A stretch of 64,000 nucleotides of DNA from a virus: the IMG/VR virus record IMGVR_UViG_3300045988_066710. One strand, written 5' to 3'. The notes below the pieces were generated by a model. The model was given only the letters and a program-made list of their open reading frames with translations, did no database searches and was not told where the DNA came from. Of the stretch, positions 55,101 through 63,400 are shown piece by piece. Positions within the stretch are counted from its first letter, which is position 1. Every line of letters starts with the position of its first letter. A program made the translations under genes and the position numbers.

Positions 55101-55891
55101 AATGCTTCTATTCTACCTTCATTAACAGCACTGGTAAAGGAACCTAAAATTGAAGCAGTAGCTTGTGAAGTCTGAGCAATATTCTTTATAGTACTTATAG
55201 TAGCACCTAAATTCTTTGCTCCAGTCATAGCTAATCTACCTAAACCTCTTATAGCTCCTGCTTCTAAACTACCACTATAGAATGCACCTACAGTAAATCC
55301 TAAGTTCTTAATAAAACTATCACCCCAAAAGTTAGCTGTAAATAATTTATCCCATATACTAGCATCTTGCTCCTGTGAAGTATAATAGTTAGGTAATTCT
55401 CTTTCAGACCAATCATTTATAGATTGCATAGCTTTTGAGAAATCATTATCCCATAATTTACTTACATCTCCATCTCCTATAGCTTTAGCACCACCATATA
55501 ATAAACCCATAGTACCATCAAGAAAAGTAGTACCTGTGAGTACTGCACCTTTAGCAATACCAGCACCTAATTGAGAATACCAAGGTTGATTTTCTGCTCT
55601 TACATCTGTTGCATCTTGAAATTGCTCAGGGGAATAAATATCCTCATCAAACATTGATTCCCCTAATTTAGTATTAGTATTATAAAGAGAAGACTGCACT
55701 ACATGAGGTGCAGCCTCTTCTGGATTCATCATATGTCTTAAAGGTCTCTTTATATCTAATTCCTGTAAATATTGAGCTACTTCAGGGTCATATCCACTTT
55801 GAATAGCATTATTCTGTTGCTGTAATTGTTTCCAATTCTGCAATCCACTCTTTCTTATATCTACTGGTTTCTGTTTCTTTATTTGTACCAT
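49169..55891 (-). CDS. giant virion protein (2240 aa) with internal RecB-like PD-(D/E)XK nuclease motif set
   Basis: The ORF is uninterrupted. It has an N-terminal Gly-rich hydrophobic stretch and long coiled-coil-like Q/N/K/E regions. GELDLLTYNKYTGEFRFYDFKTSK and QYTRQLSAYNDLF lie at nt about 50430-50640. There is an EIKPEIKPE repeat. Confidence 0.75.
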   Translation of the reverse strand: MVQIKKQKPVDIRKSGLQNWKQLQQQNNAIQSGYDPEVAQYLQELDIKRPLRHMMNPEEAAPHVVQSSLYNTNTKLGESMFDEDIYSPEQFQDATDVRAENQPWYSQLGAGIAKGAVLTGTTFLDGTMGLLYGGAKAIGDGDVSKLWDNDFSKAMQSINDWSERELPNYYTSQEQDASIWDKLFTANFWGDSFIKNLGFTVGAFYSGSLEAGAIRGLGRLAMTGAKNLGATISTIKNIAQTSQATASILGSFTSAVNEGRIEALNNSREYYKAVSSDLLNQHNERLKSIQDNYYGTEMYNNLVAQENDNYNKAMTKLSEDRVHMGNVDLALNIPILTISNLIQFGKMYGRGFKTARRAQQIEENIGGRGITGTLGKYAPKTTKSEIYTAALKNPISEGMEEVNQQLASNISADYYKTDVDNYYKALTDPNNRQEANSWLKASMQAFTETMGDQSTWEQFLVGAMTGAMGMPRFRSFTKEGKFQSPITIEGGILGEYRDVTQRIAREQAIADKLNERVNSPEFKAYYDGYVRHQGFQKAMNNATQNNDEFEFKNAENSQLISDITMFDSVGKLDDLVEMINQGLGDTSNENIESIIKNTGRQVSKDEQVNQLTEQLNANQQAQANTNDASELVRLKQEEVDIQHKINTAKDYYISPYTDENGNKLSDEEITNQMNKAKTEFLDKINEYKQTKNDLIEASNNTLSDEQLNELIYLKSSLNDWKERGSSIRDNNKNTISKIIKQLTDVRTVLNDNNTKLTSEKDAKEYNSNKRKLNDIENTIKVLELFNNSENPDLLISDKSLNVKSLKDIAKNSLGIDADEYNRFSKDLNDLIKIGKARKSYKEKLIEYMLNPGKIDEAHANIDNQNQRKQKDLDVRRILDKVSNATTYKDIDNIFKEENIEDASILTNNNTELGSTYAKSKSFMNSVNNAIDKLDIDDEDKAQLKTYAQEKYNNSTSYEELTNPDYQITDNEDLLTNDYYTQQLNNAMVAAIKDMSDKQSIPDDKKVEHSKFTIDTNGEKTGADDNSTAPVQEKQDILSPLRTATENINRPNAKNFWDKANKIIDNYNSNKATYEEVRKAIEDLYNLYAKEVDAKTRDTLYEEVNKVLNSIQPDRPVLTERQENTNNLTELKTDVENVEKSAEKYYYKPAISEYAANTFTNFDIANPNYKDIYQYLVSKGAFDYVNKGNLKVGDELTLKHEKIGNYDEVVMYHNDQVVGILPSTATAIKGNYVGLKNVRERVIKGEEIKLNVSKIMLGQFKYTEDQTRPIKDLMNGTPIQLGIVSNRELITNKDLTTEKPYNRSQADGKVYLLLKNSRSTYSPKPIRVKHFNEEEFDLNKLKDTNNSRAREIHRIIDELSKTTNPDKCTELFIDLCQQLYLPNSFHMNIFSYKGTIFLSLKGGPQGTKNINLENNTGSFTLNVDGSIGGSAATQTDPTHVYNEILKYLYSLNTPFNIDKNEINKGDYNEKLVNDDILYTHLVDTQMTNSWFTTNYYDEEGNQKDAINPKGTFSPTGNKEGTKVTLGKNTYFVRDGKIYDSSESVVVPKRTNLIFDLAAAYELNGNAVNGPYIYNGITKVNGHYMDVTHKSYATEKQKQMYEDNMNNRPTVIDKMNYTLNRLKEDQAKVKRLDNGRPDNTIEGREGHIYQILEDDGQYHEYEGVHNVIGESWKRDENQTPNTLALQYGQEFDDLMRQSFEGEIDAIQKPDNMSNEVFERFKSRAKSLKEYFDNNGEIPIANGIVVFNKIGDKRIAGELDLLTYNKYTGEFRFYDFKTSKYRFYTDEGKLDTHYTTVWHNRQIRSTQEQYTRQLSAYNDLFTSRYGTPIVDMALIPLIINYNDKGITAFNAEPTVNITYQPSEFMQGTTVSTPKVDNNTIPVSNVKTLELSPTKKVKVDISTLPVVTTINGSEIKAYIEEVKSTNNSTKKITTFYSPYMVFPNGEVTYMNGRRELLTDKQLEESKSTWASTIQANKAAFIQAGIVNAKPQEEIKPEIKPEVKINYDTNNVFIGGEFGTGTINITDGWRGVSEDPRVWSKDKTVPVFSEVKMKDGSVVTIISYRNAEKFGNNRGTNGIIINVKGTLTDSNKEYIKNTLINTDFSNSKEEVTKQVLDILNNSNTKTVISATPINVVDNTKSNATPTGPQSAEEDLLKAMSLLNTYNKEAPDGTLGKEEIKPRTDVEEQTGRNVDGNIVVDNPEALKKWNELSNDTRDLLKLMNMNETDWNNMLPKQRESELNCLS

Positions 55892-55903
55892 AATTATATA
55901 AAT

Positions 55904-57703
55904 TTATTCATATGCCTGTGCAGCAAAATCCTGTGTTGATGTATTATTTAATACCCCTAATTGAGATTGGAATAAGTAAGCTTGTTGTATAGCATTATTA
56001 TAAGCTTGTCTTAATTGAGCTTTTTGTACATCAGTTAAAGGTTTACCATTTAACTTACCACTCTGAAGTGTTTTGCTTATATTCATTGCATCTTCAGCTC
56101 TCTTATCAATATTCTTTTCAACATTAGGATTAATTCCTATAGGCATTACAAATCTTATTACTTTTCCATCTTTATTCTTTGCTATATAAGTTCTTCCTTG
56201 TGCTCCAAATCTAGCATTGGTAACTGTCCATTTATTATCTTCATTTAAGAAATCTGCTAAATCAATATCTTTATCTTTCTTCCAAGTACCTGATTTTTTA
56301 TCAAACTTAGCAGCATAAATTCTATCTCTACCAATATTAGCAGCAGCTATCTGATTTTTATAAGCTGTTTGTTGTGTAGGACTTAAAGCATAATCATATT
56401 CCATAAATTGTTTAGCATCACCTCTAACACCAGTATTTATGTATTTACTCCATAAGTTACCTATATTTCCAGGCTGCCAATTATTACCTTTACCTAAGTA
56501 TTTTTGTGCTCCTAAAGAATTTAATAAGTCTGAGAATTCACTATTAAGATTGTTATAGTAGTATCCTTCTTTATCCTTCTGTATAGATACTACAGTAGGC
56601 TTACCACTTATATTGTCTCTTATTGTAAATTGCCCATAACCATATTTACCTTTACCTTCATGCTGATATCTTGCTAAATCAGTAGCTTTTATTCTAGTTT
56701 TACTTTCATAGGCTTCTCTACCTTTCTGGCTTAAATAAGTTCTACCATTCTTAGTATAGAAATATTGCTTATATTTCTCTTTCATTTTATCAGCTTCATT
56801 CTGCTCTTCAGGAGTATAAATAGGTACTTCATTTATAGCAGCTAATTGATTTTGCTGTTGTTGAGCTTGTGCTAAAGCTAATTGTTGCTGCAATTTATAA
56901 TTCTCTCTAGCTTCAAAGTTCTCCATAGCTTGAACAGTATCTTGACCTATAGCAGACCACATACCTTGTTTAATAAAGTTAGCTGCTTGTCTTCTTTGAT
57001 TTTCATTAGCCCAGTTACCTATTTGACTAGAATCATAAACCTGTTGATAAATAGCACCTAATACTTTATTAGTAGCAGTAGTTTCTCCATTAAGATACTT
57101 TTGTATATCATTTCTAGTTAAACCATGTTTCTGTATAAATGTATTAGTATAACTATCAATAGGTTCTCCCTTACCATAGCTACTTAAAGTTTTAGCTAAA
57201 TTCTGTGCAGCTTGTGCTGATTGTGCAGTTAATAATTTACCACTATAACTCTGTGGTGTATAACTAGGATTCTTCATATAATAACTAAGACCTAATTCAC
57301 TAGGGTCTTGAGCAATTAATGTAGGGTCTTGTAATCTAGCTTGCCATAATACTTGAGCTTGTTGTTGTCTCTTATTATAAGCTTCTTCAATAGGTATTAT
57401 GTTACTAGCATATTGTGCTCTCATATTCATTAAGTTTCTTCTACTAGCAGCATTAATACCATTATTAAGTACATCATTAGCAGCTTCCTTTAATTGATTT
57501 GAATATGATTTATACTTACTATAAACATCAGCATCTTGTGCATTATTAGCTAACTTTTCCCATTGGTCTGCTTTCATCTGTAATTGTGAGAAAGCTTCTT
57601 CTGCTTGATATTGTGCTTGAGCATTAGCTTGATATATAGGAAGTAACTCCTGTAAGGAGTATGGATTAAACGAAGATGAAATCATTAAACTATAATTAGA
57701 CAT
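55904..57703 (-). CDS. virion/tail-associated protein (599 aa), Q/A-rich
   Basis: Uninterrupted ORF in the late operon. It has Q/A-rich helical stretches and no catalytic motif was recognised. Confidence 0.65.
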   Translation of the reverse strand: MSNYSLMISSSFNPYSLQELLPIYQANAQAQYQAEEAFSQLQMKADQWEKLANNAQDADVYSKYKSYSNQLKEAANDVLNNGINAASRRNLMNMRAQYASNIIPIEEAYNKRQQQAQVLWQARLQDPTLIAQDPSELGLSYYMKNPSYTPQSYSGKLLTAQSAQAAQNLAKTLSSYGKGEPIDSYTNTFIQKHGLTRNDIQKYLNGETTATNKVLGAIYQQVYDSSQIGNWANENQRRQAANFIKQGMWSAIGQDTVQAMENFEARENYKLQQQLALAQAQQQQNQLAAINEVPIYTPEEQNEADKMKEKYKQYFYTKNGRTYLSQKGREAYESKTRIKATDLARYQHEGKGKYGYGQFTIRDNISGKPTVVSIQKDKEGYYYNNLNSEFSDLLNSLGAQKYLGKGNNWQPGNIGNLWSKYINTGVRGDAKQFMEYDYALSPTQQTAYKNQIAAANIGRDRIYAAKFDKKSGTWKKDKDIDLADFLNEDNKWTVTNARFGAQGRTYIAKNKDGKVIRFVMPIGINPNVEKNIDKRAEDAMNISKTLQSGKLNGKPLTDVQKAQLRQAYNNAIQQAYLFQSQLGVLNNTSTQDFAAQAYE

Positions 57704-60308
57704 TGTTACCTCTCTTTCTTGATTTATACTTAGACTCTCCCTTATTTGTCATAGCCCAAGGGAATGCAGCACTAGTATTTAATATATTAAAGTTCATATT
57801 CTCTCTACCAATATTACCAATATTATTAAACAGATTAGTAAGATTAGCACTTCTCTCTGCTGCAAGTTGTTGTCTAGCAGCTTGTCTAAGTCTTTCTGCC
57901 TGCATAGTACCTTGTAATAAAGTATTTCTAACTTGCATCTTAGCAGCTTGATTAGCAGCATCAGCTTTAAACATACCTTCAGTATTAAACATATTAGTAC
58001 CTCTATTAAATTCTGCTACTTTCTGTCTTTGTGCTAAGTTATACTCTTCAGCTTGTCTAGCTAATGCTCCTAATTGATTCTGAGCATTATAATCTGCTGC
58101 TAATATACCTGCCATAGCATTACCTCTATTGCCACTAGCTTGATTAATTATTGCTCTTCTAGCTGCACCACTTTCAGCATTTAATTTATTAATATAATAG
58201 TCTCTATCAAATGGATTATAAGTCATATAATCTCCAATAGGATTAAAGGATATTGGTGTATATTGACCAGCTTCTCTTGCAGCAGTTAATATTGCATCAG
58301 CACTACTTTCATCAGGTTTACTCAATAAAGAACTTGCTGCTCCTATAGCAGAACCTACAATGGGAGCATATCTCATCCAAGTAGGTAATAAGCCATTATC
58401 TTCTTTATTATTAGTTTTCTTTTTAGTATCTGTTGATATAAATTCTTTATTCTTTAAATCTATAACAGTATTACCATTAGCATCCACCCTATCACTAAAA
58501 GGTACTATATCATTTGCACTATATCCCATACCATAAGGTGATAACATATTAAATGGTTTCTGATTGCCAAGTGCATCTAAAGGTTGATATATAGTAAATG
58601 GAGTATCAGCTTGAGTACTAATATTATTAAACTTAGGAGTTCTATGTACCCAACCTAATTTACCATCATTTCTAAGTCTCTCATAATTGTTCTTCAAATA
58701 AGTAACATCTTTACCTGTTTTATTACTTAATGTCTGCCAATAATTATGATTATCAGGTAATGTTAAAGCATATTTAGTAAAGTTCTTATAGTTATCAGTA
58801 CCTTCTATGTCTTTAACACTATAACCCTTGCTACTTACTTTACCTTGATAATAAGGAATATTACCTTTTAAATAACTATTCTGATATTCAGGTGCTCCTT
58901 CCCACATATTATCAAACATCCAACCACCATCATCAAATTGTTGAGGTTCATTAGAAACCATTTCATTAGGATTAGATAGCATAGTATTATCTCCTTGTAC
59001 AGGAGTACCATTAAGTATTCCTAATTGTTCTTGTGGACTTAACTTATTAAATTGTCTCTTAGCCTTAGCTAATTCCTTTTTAGCTTTAACTTCTTCCTGT
59101 GATTGTTGTAAATCCTGCATAAATGAATTAAATGTTCTTTTACTAATAGGGTCATTAGGAGTTTCTTCTATTTCCTTACCTAATTTCTTACTAGCTTCTG
59201 CAAAGGTTATATCTTTACTTAATTTATATTTATCTGTTAATGTTTCAGGTACTTTAAGTCTATTACTGAATACATAATCATTCCATATAGTCTCTCCTTC
59301 TTCTACTAAATTAGGAGTACCATTTCTATCAGTACCCATAGGTACACCATTGAAAGGATTCTGCTCATGTGTACCACCATTATCTATATATTCTAGACTA
59401 CCATTATAAGTACCACCATAAGTATTTAAATCTCCACCAAAAGCATTCCATTTAGCTGCATTCCTAGCAAAATTAGCTCTCTTAATTAATGTTGGAGAAT
59501 AATCTTCCTTATTGGCTAATATATGTCTAGCATACTCTTGTACACCCATATTAGCTCTATTTGCACTTTCAGTAAATTTACCTCTATTTTCTTTCTTAAT
59601 CATAATTCCACCTTCTTTAAATAAAGGACCACCAAAGGCTTCTACATTATACATACTTTGAAGAAATTGATTTTCATTAGTAATATCAGCAGCTTGGTTA
59701 AAATTATTATATAATCTAGTATTAGCTGCTTCTGCCTGTGCTCTTAATTTATTAGTAAGATTCTTAGCTTTATGACTAAACCAACCATCTTTACCTATAT
59801 TACTTCTATTAATATTTCCTAACATAGAAGCACCAGATAATTGACTCATTAAGTCATCCGCACTACCACCAAAAGATGTATTAGCAGTAGAAGATATATT
59901 ACCTTTTACTTGATTAATATTCTCTTGGTTTAACTTAGAGCCAAACATTCTATTTGTTAAACCTCCTATTAATCCTGAACCAACAGAAACCATGCCTCCT
60001 ACTAAAGGATTAACAGTAGATATTGCACTACCAACTGTACTGCCAATACTACTAATAGTATTACCTGCTCCAGATTGTAATCCACCACCAATAAGATTTC
60101 CACCTACTTGTCCTACTATAGAACCTAAAGCCCCAATACCACCTTTAGCTATATCTGTTAAGTTTTGACCACTAAAGGTATTCTTTAAACTAAAACCATT
60201 ACCATTAGTTAAAGAATCTAGTAAAGTAGTATTCTTTTCTATATCACCTCCATTAGGATATAAATTAATAGATTGTTTTATTGTATATAACTTATCTTTC
60301 TTTCTCAT
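57696..60308 (-). CDS. virion/tail-associated protein (870 aa) with N-terminal glycine-zipper-like hydrophobic region
   Basis: First gene after the promoter at 60328-60358. Residues about 55-125 read GGIGALGSIVGQVGGNLIGGGLQSGAGNTISSIGSTVGSAISTVNPLVGGMVSVGSGLIGG. Confidence 0.65.
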   Translation of the reverse strand: MRKKDKLYTIKQSINLYPNGGDIEKNTTLLDSLTNGNGFSLKNTFSGQNLTDIAKGGIGALGSIVGQVGGNLIGGGLQSGAGNTISSIGSTVGSAISTVNPLVGGMVSVGSGLIGGLTNRMFGSKLNQENINQVKGNISSTANTSFGGSADDLMSQLSGASMLGNINRSNIGKDGWFSHKAKNLTNKLRAQAEAANTRLYNNFNQAADITNENQFLQSMYNVEAFGGPLFKEGGIMIKKENRGKFTESANRANMGVQEYARHILANKEDYSPTLIKRANFARNAAKWNAFGGDLNTYGGTYNGSLEYIDNGGTHEQNPFNGVPMGTDRNGTPNLVEEGETIWNDYVFSNRLKVPETLTDKYKLSKDITFAEASKKLGKEIEETPNDPISKRTFNSFMQDLQQSQEEVKAKKELAKAKRQFNKLSPQEQLGILNGTPVQGDNTMLSNPNEMVSNEPQQFDDGGWMFDNMWEGAPEYQNSYLKGNIPYYQGKVSSKGYSVKDIEGTDNYKNFTKYALTLPDNHNYWQTLSNKTGKDVTYLKNNYERLRNDGKLGWVHRTPKFNNISTQADTPFTIYQPLDALGNQKPFNMLSPYGMGYSANDIVPFSDRVDANGNTVIDLKNKEFISTDTKKKTNNKEDNGLLPTWMRYAPIVGSAIGAASSLLSKPDESSADAILTAAREAGQYTPISFNPIGDYMTYNPFDRDYYINKLNAESGAARRAIINQASGNRGNAMAGILAADYNAQNQLGALARQAEEYNLAQRQKVAEFNRGTNMFNTEGMFKADAANQAAKMQVRNTLLQGTMQAERLRQAARQQLAAERSANLTNLFNNIGNIGRENMNFNILNTSAAFPWAMTNKGESKYKSRKRGNNV

Positions 60309-60327
60309 AGTTAATTATTTTATTTTG

Positions 60328-60358
60328 CAAAGATACACAAATTATTTAATACTACAAA
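60328..60358 (-). promoter_or_regulatory. Bacteroidota-type promoter of the minus-strand 870/599/2240-aa operon
   Basis: On the minus strand, TTTG (60358-60355) and TATCTTTG (60335-60328) are separated by a 19-nt spacer. It has the same TGTATCTTTGCAAA box as the RNAP promoter. Confidence 0.55.
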
Positions 60359-60365
60359 TAAAATT

Positions 60366-60411
60366 AATAAAAAATAGCAGAATACTAAGTAAATACTTAA
60401 TATCCTGCTAT
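60366..60411 (-). terminator. rho-independent terminator after the 60415-64000 gene
   Basis: On the minus strand, atagcag ... ctgctat is the outer stem. An extended imperfect inner stem (gatattaagta / tacttagtattc) follows, then TTTTTTAT. Confidence 0.6.
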
Positions 60412-60414
60412 AAT

Positions 60415-63400
60415 TTAACTATAGTAAGCCACATTAATATCATAAATAGATAAAGGAGAATTATATTTTTTACTGAGCTTTATCTTAGCCCACATATTTC
60501 TAATTCTATCTCTATTAGTTATAATACCATCTTCATTCTTTTTACTGTTTCTAGGTATCTGCCATCTCCAAGTTCTAAATTTCTTTTTTACATTAATAGA
60601 AGAAGCCTCATTCTTACCTCTCTGATATTCATTACTTACTTCTAGAGTATCAAATGGATAATAATCTGATTTCCAATTATTAATCTTAGCAATATCACTT
60701 GTAGTAAGTTCTACTGTTTCAAATATCTTATCTAAATCAAACTCGCTATTAACTATAAATTCTATATCTGCAAAAGAGTACTTATTATATATAATACCAT
60801 AATTTCCTTTATAGGCTTCATAAATACCATCTTTATTTATCTGTAAACTCTTATCATTAAGGTTTACCCAATATAAAGTAGAACCATAATCATAGAATGA
60901 AGTAAATTCACCTAATAACTCATTATAAGCTAAAGCTGTATCTCTACTTACTATATATAAATCGTAAGTAGTACTATCATACTCAAGTTTAATAGAATCT
61001 ATAAAGTTACTGCTATTCTCATAATTCCATAATGAAGGAGACCATATATTAGAACTTAACTGAGTAAAATAGTTTTTAAACTTATTTTGAGATATAGGAG
61101 TAATACCTTTATCATTTATCTTATAAAGTTCACTATTATAAGTATCTATAAAATAAATACCTTGAGAAGTAGATTTAATAGCCCATTTATTTTGGCATCC
61201 TATTGAATCTGATAAGTATTGTTTATCTTGTAATTTAGCACTATTAGCTATTTCAATAGGTACACCATCAGAAGTATTAATCTGTACTCTAGAATTGTAA
61301 AGTAATCTTGATATACCATTATCTTGAAAACAATAAAGGTCATTATTAATCTTTCTTATTGCATTAAGTTTACCTTTATCTCCATCTAAATCAAATACAC
61401 TTGCAAGAGTAACATTAGTCCATGAATCTACATCTTCTCCTAATACTTTAGTTTTAGATATAGTTATTTGATTAGGAAAGTTTATAACACCCTCATCTTC
61501 TATCTGTCTATAATTAAAGAAATTATTTCTTTGTGTATAAGATTTATTTATAAGATTAAAGTTAGTATTAAGTACTCCAAGATTATATTTTAAACCTCTT
61601 TGTTTATCATATCTACCATCAAGATTTATTCTAGATTCTACAAAGAAAGAAGTAATATCTATATATTGATTCTTATCATCAGTACTATAAGGGAAAGTCT
61701 TTAAACAATCCCATCTTTGATAATAAGTATCTCCATGATTACCTCTTAATGATACAGTTTCTCCTGTAAGTTTAATAGCTTCTCCTGCGGGTATAAAAGA
61801 ATACTGAGATATAATACTTTCGTTACCATTACTTAATTCATAAGGAGAAGTATCAGGGTCCTGTACACATAAATCAGCTAAATAATAATAATCATTTATA
61901 CTAGGATTAGCATTATAGAAGAAATAATTAGTTTCTATATTTGTAGGATTCATATAATTAGCATATTCATTAATATACTTAGTCCATATAAAATCCTTTG
62001 TATAAGAATTATTTTCTGTATTCCAAAATAGTTTTCTAGTTACAGCATCTTCTCCTACCCTATCTATTTCAGATTTATGCTTAATACTCATTCTAGGAAG
62101 TTTAATAGTACTATTATTTTTAGAACCAAAAGATATAATAGCATGAGGTGTTTCTTTATATTTAATTCTTATAGGGTCTTTTGAAGTAACTGCTTTATCA
62201 TCTACTATAATAGTATCATATGTTATATAATCACTTATAAAATCTTCATTATAAGCATAATACTGTCTTCCATATATAGGATATTCATTATTAGAAGGAA
62301 ATAATTTATTAACATCAGAAGTATAAGATAATGTTTCTATATAACTATCTCCCATATTACTATTTAGTTTATAAATATCATCACTATTTGTAGTAATAAC
62401 CTTAATATCATCTATAGGTAATTCATAATAATTGAATTTATTTATTTCTTCTATATTATCTATATAGCTTAAACTATCTCTAAGATAAGAAGTAGCACAT
62501 TCTCTAGTGTTAGAAATTATTTTCTTAACAGGTTTAGACCATACTTTTCTAGAATTTCCATTACTATTCTTTTTTTCTATACCATTATCTGAATAACTAG
62601 TTTCTCTATGCCATAAATAAGTAGCAAATAACCAATCCTTATTAGCATCGTAATTACCTAAATTATCCCAACTGGAATCCATATCTCTCCATAATAAATC
62701 AGAAGTAAAATCTTTAATATTCTTTGTTGGAACATTTCCTTTTGAAGGGTCATTTAAATCATTTCCCTGAATCAGATAATTAGAAAATAAAGGCTTGGAC
62801 TTTAAAATACCTATTATTCTTAATTTAGTATTTTTATTTATGTTATTATATTGATTTTCAATATCTGGTGAATTAAATGTTACTAAAGATTCATCATAAG
62901 CAAAGCATTCTCCAAAATCATTTACAATAGTATCTACTCCATTGATTTCTATTTCTTGATGTATAGTAGCACTATTTTTCCAACTGTCGTCAGGAATTTC
63001 ATTTATATTTATACTTGAATTCCAATTTTTTAAATTTTCTTTTGCTTTGATAATAGTTGAAGTACTCCTGTCATATAATACAATATTATTTTCAGAAACT
63101 ACAATAGTTCTATAATGTCCTAATTGTATAGTACATTTAATATAAATTTGAGTGTGAGTACTTCCTCCTATAATAGGAGATTTAGAAAATTCTATATTCT
63201 GAATTTCCCCCCATGAAATAGAATTCCCATATAATGCCTTTAGATGCTTTCCTAAAGAAGTCATTCTCCAGGAAGACATAGTAAAAGGAGTATTATTATA
63301 TCTATCTCTATAATTAAATACAGTAGAAGATATAATACCTTGACATAAAACTGTTTTTAAATTATTAGTAGGATTAACTATTAAAAGTCTAGCTTTAACC

